64,000 nt of DNA from NCBI GenBank assembly GCA_964566535.1, contig CAZMIO010000002.1, forward strand, positions 1 to 64,000, written 5' to 3'. Below are positions 30,920-41,144 of this stretch, in pieces; positions within the stretch are counted from its first letter, which is position 1; each line of letters begins with the position of its first letter. Made by a program: the position numbers and the translations under genes. The stretch comes from an uncultured Methanosarcinales archaeon. Lineage in GTDB: Archaea > Nanobdellota > Nanobdellia > Woesearchaeales > CAZOXR01. The notes below the pieces were generated by a model that saw only the letters and a list, made by a program, of their open reading frames with translations, made no database searches and had not been told where the DNA came from.

Positions 30920-32119
30920 CTACAAAAACTCCACACTCAACTCCAATTGATCAAATGTTGGATACTCCTCAACAACAGCTAAGAACAAATCTTTATCACA
31001 TAACAACCCCTTATCCTTTCCAACATTCTCAAGTAAATTTCTATCAACCCCTTCCTTCATTCTAACAACTTCTTCAACAGAAGTCAAAATCCTCAATTTT
31101 TCCACATCAACCTCAATCATACTCTTCTTAATCTTAAAATCCCTAATCAAACCAATCATAATTTTATTCAATTTCTTAATATAATCCATTTTCATTTTTT
31201 TATTGTCAGTTATTTTCTCCAACTTTTGCCTATAACTAAATCCAGGCCTCAACTCTTCGAAATAAATCGCCCCCCTAACCAAAATCCCCTCTTCATCAAC
31301 GAAATCATAATCTTTCCTAACATTCATAGCCCTATTCTTAATTCGTTTAGCCAATTGAACCTTGTCTTTCAATGTAGCACTACAATAATGAACATCAAAA
31401 CTCACTTTCTTACCTTTACAATACTCCAACAAAGACAAACCCATTTCTTCGCTCCCTTTAATCCCATAAGAAATCTCATTCTTTGTCTTAAATCCTTCCT
31501 TGCCCATATAATAAGCGTTAGTGTCAGAATATTCAAGTTCATTAATATTAAGAAAGTCCACATTTCCATCTAAAAAATCTATCAATTTCTTCACCAATTT
31601 CAATTTCCCAGGAACAGCAGGAATTTCAACTCCAATATCCCACTTAAACTTCTTACCCAAAAGAACCTTCTTCCACTCCCCAACTTTATCCAAATCGGGA
31701 TGGAACCTAATCTCATCAAGCCCAGCCGAAAACAACTTCCCTAAAACCACAGAACTAACCAAATTCATAGGAGTATACAAATGAACATGGAACTTCCCCC
31801 CAAATTCTTTCTTCAATCTCTTAATAAACTCAACAGTTCTATCAACCTTAACCAATGGGTCTCCACCAGTTATCCCAACGCCTTTAGAACTACACAACTT
31901 AATCTCTTCAATAACATCATTAATTGCAGAACTAGGCCATTCATTAATGTAAACAACATCCTTACCAGCTTTCTTCTCACTTATAGGGCAATAGGAACAA
32001 TGCTTAGGACATAAGCCAGTAATGAAAAGTACACTCTTCTGACCCTTAACACACAACCGACATCCCTTTGACAGTTTGCCTAGTTTCCATGAATAGTATC
32101 CAGTTTTTTCAACTTTCAT
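30920..32119 (-). CDS. Archaeal radical SAM protein
   Basis: GC.LC..G.K.VLFITGLCPKHCSYCP, GITGGDP, GLDEIRFHP, FLNINELE. Confidence 0.9.
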   Translation of the reverse strand: MKVEKTGYYSWKLGKLSKGCRLCVKGQKSVLFITGLCPKHCSYCPISEKKAGKDVVYINEWPSSAINDVIEEIKLCSSKGVGITGGDPLVKVDRTVEFIKRLKKEFGGKFHVHLYTPMNLVSSVVLGKLFSAGLDEIRFHPDLDKVGEWKKVLLGKKFKWDIGVEIPAVPGKLKLVKKLIDFLDGNVDFLNINELEYSDTNAYYMGKEGFKTKNEISYGIKGSEEMGLSLLEYCKGKKVSFDVHYCSATLKDKVQLAKRIKNRAMNVRKDYDFVDEEGILVRGAIYFEELRPGFSYRQKLEKITDNKKMKMDYIKKLNKIMIGLIRDFKIKKSMIEVDVEKLRILTSVEEVVRMKEGVDRNLLENVGKDKGLLCDKDLFLAVVEEYPTFDQLELSVEFL

Positions 32120-32300
32120 ATAAAATACTAGTTACTCTTCATTTAATAAAAGTTTTGCTAACAATCCCCTAGTTGCGGACAAAAGTAAGTTATAACAAAT
32201 ATCCAAAACTAGGTATAGAAAGACAAACAAATTATAATTCATTTTTGTCTTTCTCTATCATTAGAAAGGTTTATATAATCAATAAATCAGAGTTAGCTAT

Positions 32301-33263
32301 ATGTACGATGTAATCACAGTAGGTTCCGCTACAGTAGATGTATTTGCAAAAACAAAATTCTCTGAACTAATTAGAATAAAAGAAAAAGGAAAAACAACAG
32401 ACCATCTAGCATATCCCACCGGAAGTAAAATATTAGTTGAAGAACTAGACTTCACAACAGGTGGCTGTGGAACAAACACTGCAGTAGCATTCTCAAGATT
32501 AGGCCATAAAGTAGCATGGATAGGAAAACTAGGAAATGATTCAAATGCAGATTACATAACAAAAAAACTAAAAGAAGAAAAAGTAGATATCTTAGCTGCA
32601 AAAGGCAAAGAACCAACCGGCTACTCAATCATACTAGACTCACTAAAACATGATAGGACAATCTTAGCATACAAAGGAGCTAATAACAATCTAAAATTCA
32701 GTGAAGTACCACTAAACAAACTAAAAACAAAATGGTTGTACATGTCCTGCCTTTTAGAAGAATCCCTAAACACACAAAAAAAGTTAGCAAAATATGCAGA
32801 AAAAAAAGGAATCAAAATAGCATACAACATTAGTCCGTACTTAGCAGAAAAAGGAGCTAATAATATCAAAGAAATCCTGAAAAGAACAGAAGTCTTCGTC
32901 CTTAACAGATGCGAAGCAGAATACTTAGTTAAAGGAAAAAATATCCCTCAATTACTAAAAAACATCACAAAACTTGGTCCAAAAATAGCAGTAATCACCG
33001 AAGGAAAGAAAGGAGCATTCGCCTATGATGGAACCCATTACTACCAACAAAAACCAAACAAGATCAAAATCATCGAAACAACAGGGGCAGGAGACGCTTT
33101 TGCCTCGTCATTCATCTGCGGAATAATAAAAAAGAATGATATTAACTTTGCAATGAAACTAGCTCAAACAAATGCCGAGTCAGTCATACAACACCATGGA
33201 GCAAAGAATAAATTACTTAGGTTTAATGAAGCTCTAAAATTAGTGAATAAAAAAAGGACATAA
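32301..33263 (+). CDS. PfkB/ribokinase-family carbohydrate or nucleoside kinase
   Basis: GGCGTNTA, G..GND, LN..EA, TTGAGDAF. Confidence 0.93.
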   Translation: MYDVITVGSATVDVFAKTKFSELIRIKEKGKTTDHLAYPTGSKILVEELDFTTGGCGTNTAVAFSRLGHKVAWIGKLGNDSNADYITKKLKEEKVDILAAKGKEPTGYSIILDSLKHDRTILAYKGANNNLKFSEVPLNKLKTKWLYMSCLLEESLNTQKKLAKYAEKKGIKIAYNISPYLAEKGANNIKEILKRTEVFVLNRCEAEYLVKGKNIPQLLKNITKLGPKIAVITEGKKGAFAYDGTHYYQQKPNKIKIIETTGAGDAFASSFICGIIKKNDINFAMKLAQTNAESVIQHHGAKNKLLRFNEALKLVNKKRT

Positions 33264-33367
33264 TGGAAATCAAGTGTAATAAATGTGAGTTAGGAATTCC
33301 AATAGACAATCCAACAAAATTCATAATCTATCTCTGCCCATGGTGCAAACATAAAGCCCATATTTAG
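33263..33367 (+). CDS. 34-aa zinc-finger microprotein (MEIKCNKCELGIPIDNPTKFIIYLCPWCKHKAHI)
   Basis: TAATG overlap with the pfkB stop; CxxC...CPxC pattern; below the ORF-track size cutoff. Confidence 0.7.
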   Translation: MEIKCNKCELGIPIDNPTKFIIYLCPWCKHKAHI

Positions 33368-33445
33368 AAATATTCATCATCATTTCTCAAAATCAAAACG
33401 TTTATATGTCAGTATATCAATTATCAATCAAAAAGAGGTGTTAGA

Positions 33446-36400
33446 TTGAATAATAATAAAGAGTTTATTCTTTGGTTCTCAGAGTTAGGAATAAAAGACG
33501 TTCCATTAGTTGGAGGAAAAAACGCCTCATTAGGTGAGATGTATCAAAACCTAACAAAAAAAGGAGTCATAGTTCCAAACGGATTTGCCGTAACTGCTTA
33601 TGCATACAGATATCTTCTAGAAAAAACTAAAATAAAAAACAAAATAAAGGAAATCCTTTCAGATCTAGATACCACAAATATGAAAAATCTATCTGAAAGA
33701 GGCCAAAAAGTAAGAGAACTAATTAAAAACGCTGAGTTTCCAGATGAATTAAAAGAAGCAATAAAATCAGCCTACAAAAAACTAGCAGTACAATACAGTC
33801 TCAATGTTGATGTAGCAGTAAGAAGCTCAGCAACAGCAGAGGACCTCCCAGACGCAAGTTTTGCAGGACAGCAAGAAACATACCTTAACATAAAAGGAGA
33901 ATCTCAATTAATAGACTCATGCAAAAAATGCTTTGCCTCATTATTCACAAACAGAGCAATCTCTTATAGAGTTGACAAAGGATTCGACCACTTCAAAATA
34001 GCATTGAGCATTGGAGTTCAAAAGATGGTTAGATCAGATTTAGCATCCGCTGGAGTCATGTTCTCTATTGACACAGAATCTGGATTTGAAGATGTTGTCC
34101 TAATCAACGGCGCATACGGCCTTGGAGAAAATGTTGTACAAGGCGCAGTCAACCCGGATGAGTTCTATATTCACAAACCAACACTAAAGAAAGGATTCAA
34201 GCCAATCCTAAGTAAAACAATGGGAGCCAAAAAAATAAAGATGATTTATAGTAACGAAGGCTCAAAAACAACAACAAAAAATATCCCTGTCAACCAAGAA
34301 GACAGAAACAAGTTTGTGATAAGTGATGATGAAATTCTCAAACTCGCAAAATGGGCAGCAATAATAGAAGACCACTACCAAAAACCAATGGATATGGAAT
34401 GGGCAAAAGATGGAGAAACAAATAAGTTATTCATTGTCCAGGCAAGACCAGAAACAGTACAAAGTCAAAAGAACAAAAACATACTAGAAACATATAAAAT
34501 CCAAAAGAAAGGTCAGATGATAGTAACAGGCAGAAGTGTAGGAGAAAGAATTGGTCAAGGCAAAGCTACAATCCTAAAAGACGCTCATCACATCCACAAG
34601 TTCAAAAAAGGAGAAGTTCTAGTTGCAGACATGACAGATCCAGATTGGGAACCAATAATGAAGATAGCAAGTGCTATAGTAACAAACAGAGGAGGTAGAA
34701 CATGCTTTACTGGCGAAACAAGAGTCTTAACAGATAAGGGGTTTATGACATTTGAAGAAATATATTCTCTTGATGATTATAACAAACTTAAAGTCCCGTC
34801 ATTAAATAAGAGTACATTAAAGATAGAATGGAAACCTGTACTTGCCATCATGAAAAAAAAATCAAAAGTCATAAAAGTCACAATCTCCCAAACAGGGAAG
34901 GCAGAAAATAATTGCTTGAAACTAACACCCGACCATAAAATGATCAATATCAGAAACAGTGAAATTGTAGATACAAGAATCGATGAGATATTGTCTGCAA
35001 ATGAGTGTATTTCTGCTGCCCAATTAATACCAAGATTAACAGCACCAACTGAAAAAGACAAAAAACTTGCTTACTTATTAGGAGCAATTAGTACTGATGG
35101 CCATATTTACACAAGTAGAACGCATGGTGAAGTAACATTCATACAAAAACCAACTTCTGAAAAACAAAGATTCATTTCAAAAGTAACTAATATTTTTAGC
35201 GAGCTATATAATAAAGATGCAAAAGTACAAAATAAAAAACCAAGTAGCGGTTTCATTCGTGGAGAAAAGGTTGTTGGGTCTGCCAATGCCTACAGAGTGT
35301 ATTCCAAGCAAATTGCATATGATCTAAAAAAAGAGCAAGAATCCTTAGTACAGACAATCCTTACGGCAGATGAAGAGGTAATTTACAATTTTCTTGGAGG
35401 AGTAATTGATGGAGACGGTACATTTAACAAAAAGAGCAACAGAATAAACATATTCATTTCAAAAGAATATCTTGCCCAATCAGTAATCATTGGATGCTTA
35501 AGACTAGGATTCTTACCACAAGTTACAAACAATAGAAATATTTACAACATCCAAATTGTTGAAAAAATTAATGAGTTAACAAAATACACACAAAGAGTAA
35601 AAGGAGTTTCTGATAGGAAAATAATGGCAACAAGATTTTTCAACACCAGACAATTATTTGACAATCAAAATTATGGTTCAGGTATAAATAAAAGAAGAAA
35701 AAGCAATCTTCTCATCAGTGACAGAGATGTAGTCAAAGAAACCAGGTTTGATAAAAATTTGAAACAAAAATTACAGAAATTAATTGAATCAGACATCAAA
35801 CAATTAAGAGTAAATAAACAAGAAAACATAGAGGAAGTAGATGTATTCAACATCACAGTAGCAGATAACCATAATTATACAGTATTTACAGAACAATACA
35901 CACCTGTATTAGTAAATAATTGCCACGCAGCAATAATATCAAGGGAATTAGGAATTCCATGTATAGTAGGTACAAACAACGGAACTCAAAAGATTAAACA
36001 AGGAGAATTAGTTACAGTCAGCTGTGCAGAAGGAGAAGAAGGTCATGTTTACAAAGGAAATATTCCATTCAAAATAACAAAAACAAATATCAAAAAAATA
36101 CCAAGACCAAAAACAAAAATAATGATGAATATTGCAACTCCGGAGCAAGCCTTTGAGTTCTCATTCATCCCAAACGACGGAGTTGGATTGACAAGAGAAG
36201 AATTTATCATAAATGAATACATAAAAATCCATCCAAAAGCACTAATTAACTACAACAAACTTAAAGATAAAGCTGCAAAAGTACAAATAGACAAACTAAC
36301 TAAAGGCTACAAGAACAAAACTAATTTTTTCGTTGAAAAACTTTCACATGGAATTGCAACAATTGCAGCTGCATTCTATCCAAAACCAGTCATCTTAAGA

Positions 36401-37060
36401 TTCTCAGATTTCAAAAGCAACGAATATGCTAACCTCATAGGTGGGAGAGAATTCGAACCAAAAGAAGACAACCCAATGATTGGCTGGAGAGGAGCATCAA
36501 GATACTATACTGACTATAAAGATGGTTTTGCATTAGAATGTAAAGCAATAAAAAAAGTAAGAGAAGAAATGGGACTAACAAACCTAGTATTAATGATCCC
36601 ATTCTGCAGAACAATAGAAGAAGGAAAAAGCGTTCTAAAAGAAATGGAAAAAAACGGATTAAAAAGACATCAGAATGGATTAGAGGTTTATGTAATGTGT
36701 GAAATTCCATCAAACATCATCTTAGCCGATGAATTCAGCAAGATCTTCGACGGTTTCAGCATTGGCTCAAATGACTTAACCCAACTCACTCTCGGACTAG
36801 ACAGAGATTCAGAACTAGTCTCCCACATTTACGACGAAAGAAACCTCGCAGTAAAAAAGCTAATAGCATTAGTCATCCACAAAGCAAAAAAGAACCATAG
36901 CAAAATCGGAATCTGTGGCCAAGCTCCATCGGATTTTGAGGATTTCGCAAGATTCCTTGTTCAACAAGGAATTGATTCAATATCATTAAACCCAGACACA
37001 GTCATCAAAACAACCCTATCAATTCTAGAAGAAGAAAAGAAACTAAAAAAGAACAAATAA
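33446..37060 (+). CDS. ppsA: Phosphoenolpyruvate synthase containing an intein
   Basis: GGKNASLGE, VRSSATAEDLP.ASFAGQ, VQARPET, GGRT/CHAAI, DGVGL.R.EF, SIGSNDLTQ, GICGQ; TTG start after a GAGGTG SD. Confidence 0.96.
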   Translation: MNNNKEFILWFSELGIKDVPLVGGKNASLGEMYQNLTKKGVIVPNGFAVTAYAYRYLLEKTKIKNKIKEILSDLDTTNMKNLSERGQKVRELIKNAEFPDELKEAIKSAYKKLAVQYSLNVDVAVRSSATAEDLPDASFAGQQETYLNIKGESQLIDSCKKCFASLFTNRAISYRVDKGFDHFKIALSIGVQKMVRSDLASAGVMFSIDTESGFEDVVLINGAYGLGENVVQGAVNPDEFYIHKPTLKKGFKPILSKTMGAKKIKMIYSNEGSKTTTKNIPVNQEDRNKFVISDDEILKLAKWAAIIEDHYQKPMDMEWAKDGETNKLFIVQARPETVQSQKNKNILETYKIQKKGQMIVTGRSVGERIGQGKATILKDAHHIHKFKKGEVLVADMTDPDWEPIMKIASAIVTNRGGRTCFTGETRVLTDKGFMTFEEIYSLDDYNKLKVPSLNKSTLKIEWKPVLAIMKKKSKVIKVTISQTGKAENNCLKLTPDHKMINIRNSEIVDTRIDEILSANECISAAQLIPRLTAPTEKDKKLAYLLGAISTDGHIYTSRTHGEVTFIQKPTSEKQRFISKVTNIFSELYNKDAKVQNKKPSSGFIRGEKVVGSANAYRVYSKQIAYDLKKEQESLVQTILTADEEVIYNFLGGVIDGDGTFNKKSNRINIFISKEYLAQSVIIGCLRLGFLPQVTNNRNIYNIQIVEKINELTKYTQRVKGVSDRKIMATRFFNTRQLFDNQNYGSGINKRRKSNLLISDRDVVKETRFDKNLKQKLQKLIESDIKQLRVNKQENIEEVDVFNITVADNHNYTVFTEQYTPVLVNNCHAAIISRELGIPCIVGTNNGTQKIKQGELVTVSCAEGEEGHVYKGNIPFKITKTNIKKIPRPKTKIMMNIATPEQAFEFSFIPNDGVGLTREEFIINEYIKIHPKALINYNKLKDKAAKVQIDKLTKGYKNKTNFFVEKLSHGIATIAAAFYPKPVILRFSDFKSNEYANLIGGREFEPKEDNPMIGWRGASRYYTDYKDGFALECKAIKKVREEMGLTNLVLMIPFCRTIEEGKSVLKEMEKNGLKRHQNGLEVYVMCEIPSNIILADEFSKIFDGFSIGSNDLTQLTLGLDRDSELVSHIYDERNLAVKKLIALVIHKAKKNHSKIGICGQAPSDFEDFARFLVQQGIDSISLNPDTVIKTTLSILEEEKKLKKNK
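34703..35920 (+). mobile_element. 406-aa intein with a LAGLIDADG homing endonuclease
   Basis: Starts CFTGETRV; block B LTPDH; LLGAISTDG and FLGGVIDGDG motifs; ends VFNITV..NHNY...LVNN followed by +1 Cys; removal restores GGRTCHAAI. Confidence 0.95.
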
Positions 37061-37071
37061 AAAATCAATTA

Positions 37072-37659
37072 TTATTTCTTAAAATTCTTATAGCCTACCC
37101 ATATCAACACTGCTAAAACAAGACCTAGTATCAACCACCTTGCCACATCCTGCAAGTTACCCCAATACCTCATAGTCCCAAACAATACAGTAAGTATTCC
37201 ACCACCCATAATGCCTGAACCAACTGCTTCTACTTTCAATATCAACCCGCCTACCAAAATAGATAATAGCCCGGCTATCAAGCTTACAATAAAGACCTTC
37301 TTTCCAAATTCTTCTCTAGCTTCATCATACTCCTTACTACAGTAATCACATTCTCTAAAAGCCCTACATCCATTATCATCGATATCATATCTAGGACTTC
37401 CCTTCTCGGCATAACAATTTTCTTCCTGAGGTAAGTTCTCCTGATTAACTTTGATACATTCCTTATCATCCCTCTCAATAAGAACTGGCTTTTCTCTTAA
37501 AGGATTTGTACAAAAATCATCATATTGTGGATTATCATAAAAAGTATTTATACCATAGCCAATAAACATTGCCAATATTATTGCAATAGCTATTGCCAAT
37601 AATACCTTCTTAGCCTTAGAAGTCTTCCCATCTTTAGACTCACCTTTATCTTCTTTCAT
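37072..37659 (-). CDS. Membrane protein with a Cys-rich external loop
   Basis: One N-terminal and three C-terminal TM helices. Confidence 0.75.
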   Translation of the reverse strand: MKEDKGESKDGKTSKAKKVLLAIAIAIILAMFIGYGINTFYDNPQYDDFCTNPLREKPVLIERDDKECIKVNQENLPQEENCYAEKGSPRYDIDDNGCRAFRECDYCSKEYDEAREEFGKKVFIVSLIAGLLSILVGGLILKVEAVGSGIMGGGILTVLFGTMRYWGNLQDVARWLILGLVLAVLIWVGYKNFKK

Positions 37660-37754
37660 AAGGACACAATAGGTAATAACCTATATAAATCTATTTATTC
37701 CCATTATATAGGACTTACAAAAGATATTTAAAACACCATCTCCCACCGATAAAG

Positions 37755-38069
37755 ATGAAAAGAGGAAGACCAATTAAATCTCCAATTAGGCAGAACATGG
37801 TTGAAATTTTATACTTCTTAAAAAAAGACTACGGCTATAACATCTACAAAGTTTACAAATCAGTCTTCCCAGAAGTCACATTAAGGAGTATTTATTACCA
37901 TCTAAGAAAGGGTGTCGATTTAGGAGAATTTAAGATCCAAAAAGTAGAAAAAGAGAAAGGGGATTTCTCATGGGGCTCCGAAGTTGAAAAGATATATTAT
38001 GGTCTAGGACCAAATGCAGTAACAACAGGAGATCCTAGAGTAAGAGAATTTATCGAAAAGCTTAAATAA
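37755..38069 (+). CDS. Small winged-helix-like hypothetical protein
   Basis: RGRP, YGY.IY..Y, TLRSIYYHL.KG; TATA about 30 nt upstream. Confidence 0.7.
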   Translation: MKRGRPIKSPIRQNMVEILYFLKKDYGYNIYKVYKSVFPEVTLRSIYYHLRKGVDLGEFKIQKVEKEKGDFSWGSEVEKIYYGLGPNAVTTGDPRVREFIEKLK

Positions 38070-38093
38070 TTAGTCCCCACTTCACACACTAAC

Positions 38094-38753
38094 ATGGAAT
38101 TCATAGAAAAAATACAATCAGTAATAACTAAACCTAAGGAGTTCTTCGCAAAAATAAAGAAAGACAAAGGAATTAAAGATGCTTTCATATTCTTCATTAC
38201 ATTCACAATAATCACAAATATAGTATACTCAATCTATATGTTCAGAATCTTCAGTATATCACCGGAATATTCTGAAATCGGGGCTTTTGCTCTACCTGCA
38301 GCATTAGTCTCTGCAATCGTAGTAATAATCATAGGGGCAATTGGAATATTCATCGGAACAGGAATTATACATTTATTTGTCAAACTTATGAAAGGTAAGA
38401 ATCCATTCTCAGAAACGTTCAAAGCATTAGTTTATGCAGACACCCCTCATTATTTTCTCTCAATAGTCATATTATTAATTTACATATTCTTAATGCCTGG
38501 AATCGGTTCTGCCAAAATAGGAACAGAAATTACAACTTCAATCATCACCCTAATCATCTCGTTGCCAATCATCGCATGGACGGTCTACCTAAGAACAATA
38601 GGCATTGCAAAACTTCAGAACCTCACAAACTTCAAATCATTTGCAGCTGTATTTTTGATTCCATTGGGTGTAGGGGTAATATTGATGATACTGGGAGCAT
38701 TGTTATTCGTAGGATTAGCTGGTATGGCAGCTACTTCTTTCCTACCTTCTTAA
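38094..38753 (+). CDS. Yip1-family membrane protein
   Basis: ITKPKEFF, IIHLFVKLMKG...F..TF..L.YA..P, five TM helices. Confidence 0.8.
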   Translation: MEFIEKIQSVITKPKEFFAKIKKDKGIKDAFIFFITFTIITNIVYSIYMFRIFSISPEYSEIGAFALPAALVSAIVVIIIGAIGIFIGTGIIHLFVKLMKGKNPFSETFKALVYADTPHYFLSIVILLIYIFLMPGIGSAKIGTEITTSIITLIISLPIIAWTVYLRTIGIAKLQNLTNFKSFAAVFLIPLGVGVILMILGALLFVGLAGMAATSFLPS

Positions 38754-39420
38754 AAAAACCAATCAAAGCAAACGCTTCTCTCTTAGTTAAAAAAGATTTC
38801 CCAACAATTCGTTTCCATATAATCTTCTGAGTATCTTTCTTCTCTTTAGTCTGAAAGTCTAATTTATTCAAAACATCATCAACAGAACTCAAAATAACTT
38901 CCTTCTCCTTCTTTGACGCCATTGTAATATGTTCACCTACCTTCTCCCCCTCACCCACCTTAAACAATTCATAAAATAATATTGTGGCTGCATGACTCAA
39001 ATTCAAGGTAGGGTATTTCTTAGAGCAAGGTATTGTAACAACAAAATCACACATCTGAACTTCTTTATTTGTCAATCCTGAACTCTCCCTTCCAAAAACA
39101 ATGCCATTCTTTCCTTTCTTAGGCAATCTTCCAGCCATCTGCTCAGGAGTAATAGGGCTTCTAGGGATATTATAATCAGTTCCAAGCATAGCAGTAGTAC
39201 CAATCAAATAATCAAAACTCTTCAGATAATTAACCTTCTTAACTTTAGCTTTCTTCAAAATATCCTTCCCATGCTTTGCCCTAGAAACCGCATCCAAACC
39301 TAAATGATTGCACTGAGGATTAACCAATATTAACTCTTTAAGCTCAAAATTCTTCATGACTCTTGCTATGGCCCCAACATTCCCTTCTGTTTGTGGTTCA
39401 ATCAATATTACCGAGATCAT
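38731..39420 (-). CDS. TrmJ/SpoU-family RNA 2'-O-methyltransferase
   Basis: LIEP...GNVGAIARVMKNF, VFGRESSGLTN, YPTLNLSHA. Confidence 0.92.
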   Translation of the reverse strand: MISVILIEPQTEGNVGAIARVMKNFELKELILVNPQCNHLGLDAVSRAKHGKDILKKAKVKKVNYLKSFDYLIGTTAMLGTDYNIPRSPITPEQMAGRLPKKGKNGIVFGRESSGLTNKEVQMCDFVVTIPCSKKYPTLNLSHAATILFYELFKVGEGEKVGEHITMASKKEKEVILSSVDDVLNKLDFQTKEKKDTQKIIWKRIVGKSFLTKREAFALIGFFKKVGKK

Positions 39421-39454
39421 ACTAAAATTAGATATTTATTAGCTATATAAAACT

Positions 39455-39595
39455 ATGTCAAAAACCATTATGCTAAATCATGATGGTTTTTGATCATGTG
39501 TCGGAAATGGAACATTTCTGAGCATGTTAGAAATGCCTTGCATTTCAAACACTCAGAGATATATTACATTCCAAAACCTAATGTATCTCCGACAT
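39455..39595. repeat. Palindromic multi-hairpin repeat, copy 2 (four hairpins)
   Basis: Bounded by ATGTC...GACAT; contains TCGGAAATGGAACATTTCTGAGCATG, the reverse complement (1 mismatch) of part of copy 1. Confidence 0.8.
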
Positions 39596-39635
39596 ATGAA
39601 AATATTTTTATAACAACTTAGAATTTAACTAACTA

Positions 39636-40742
39636 ATGACTAAATTAAAGCAAACTCCCTTACTTGAAGAACATAAAAAACTAAACGCCAAGATAATAGA
39701 TTTTGGAGGATGGTTAATGCCAGTACAATATACTAATGTTATTGACGAACATACAACAACAAGAACAAAAGCAGGATTATTCGACATCTGCCATATGGGC
39801 GAGTTTCAAATAAAAGGTCCTGATGCAAAAAAGTTCATAAACAAAATTATCACAAACAACATAGAAAATCTAGTACCAAACAAAGCATTCTACACATGTA
39901 TGTGTTATGAAAATGGCACCATTATTGACGATTTATTCGTCTACTGTTTCAACGATAACAATTACATATTTGTTGTAAACGCAGGAAACATAAACAAAGA
40001 TTTAGAGTGGATTAAACAACACAAAGGAGAATTCAACGTTGAAATAAAAGACATCTCAGACGAAACAGCAAAATTAGATATCCAAGGACAAGAATCAGAA
40101 AAAATATTGCAAAAACTAACAAAGACAAACCTCCAAGACCTAAAAAGATTCCACTTCACCGAAGATAATATTGAGGACATAAAAACAATAATCTCAAGAA
40201 CAGGCTATACGGCAGAAGAAGGATTTGAACTATACTTCGATTCTAAAGAAGCACCCCTTATCTGGAACAAACTCTTAGAAGTAGGAAAAGAATTCGGATT
40301 AAAACCAATTGGTTTAGGGGCCAGAGACACATTAAGAATTGAAGCAGGTTATTCTCTCTATGGACATGAGCTAAACAACAAAATAACCCCACTAGAAGCA
40401 GATATAGGCTTCACAGTAAAACTAGACAAAGAAGAGTTCATTAGCAAGCAGTCATTAACAGAACAAAAACAAAATCTGAAAAGAAAAATCATGGCTTTTG
40501 AAATGATTGACAAAGCAATTCCACGAGAAAACTACAAAATCCTAAAGGATGACAGTGAAATTGGCTTTGTAACATCAGGAACATTTTCCCCAACATTCAA
40601 AAAAGGATTAGGCATGGGAATGATTAACATAGAACATGCAAAAGAGGATAATGAAATATATATACTAGTTAGGGAAAAAAAATATAAAGCAAAGATTGTT
40701 CACAAGCCAATATACGAATTTTGTAGTAAAAACAAAGGGTGA
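39636..40742 (+). CDS. gcvT: Glycine cleavage system T protein (aminomethyltransferase)
   Basis: FGGWLMPVQY, GLFDICHMG, SRTGYT.E.GFE, GLGARDTLRIEAG. Confidence 0.97.
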   Translation: MTKLKQTPLLEEHKKLNAKIIDFGGWLMPVQYTNVIDEHTTTRTKAGLFDICHMGEFQIKGPDAKKFINKIITNNIENLVPNKAFYTCMCYENGTIIDDLFVYCFNDNNYIFVVNAGNINKDLEWIKQHKGEFNVEIKDISDETAKLDIQGQESEKILQKLTKTNLQDLKRFHFTEDNIEDIKTIISRTGYTAEEGFELYFDSKEAPLIWNKLLEVGKEFGLKPIGLGARDTLRIEAGYSLYGHELNNKITPLEADIGFTVKLDKEEFISKQSLTEQKQNLKRKIMAFEMIDKAIPRENYKILKDDSEIGFVTSGTFSPTFKKGLGMGMINIEHAKEDNEIYILVREKKYKAKIVHKPIYEFCSKNKG

Positions 40743-40746
40743 TACC

Positions 40747-41136
40747 ATGGAAAATCCAACAGACAGAAAATATTCTAAAGAACACGAATGGGCTAAATTA
40801 GAGGGAGACATCGTAGTTTGTGGCATAACAGACTTCGCACAAAGTCAGTTAACCGACATCGTATTCGTAGAACTGCCAGAAAAAGGAAAACAAATTGAGA
40901 AAGGCAAACAAGCAGGAGTGGTAGAATCCGTAAAATCCGTTTCGGACATATTCGTACCAGTCGGTGGAGAGATTGTAGAAGTAAACGAAGAAATTGTTAA
41001 CAATCCAGACATAATTAACAAAACTCCATTCAACGAAGGATGGATGTTTAAGATTAAAGTAAAAGACAAAGCTGAACTAGATTCCTTAATGTCAGCCGAA
41101 GAATATACAAATATGACTAAGGAAGATAAACATTGA
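40747..41136 (+). CDS. gcvH: Glycine cleavage system H protein
   Basis: YSKEHEW, GITDFAQ, VESVK (lipoyl-Lys); GGTGA SD before ATG 40747. Confidence 0.97.
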   Translation: MENPTDRKYSKEHEWAKLEGDIVVCGITDFAQSQLTDIVFVELPEKGKQIEKGKQAGVVESVKSVSDIFVPVGGEIVEVNEEIVNNPDIINKTPFNEGWMFKIKVKDKAELDSLMSAEEYTNMTKEDKH

Positions 41137-41144
41137 TGATTTGA

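Noticed and set aside
30920..32119. Radical SAM protein as hydrogenase maturase HydE/HydG
   Set aside because: Its motifs match a widespread uncharacterised archaeal family, not BioB/ThiH-like maturases
32168..32256. Hairpins between the radical SAM gene and pfkB (CCTAGTT/AACTAGG; AGAAAGACAAA/TTTGTCTTTCT)
   Set aside because: Real inverted repeats, but with no convincing link to the ATGTCA family or any known element
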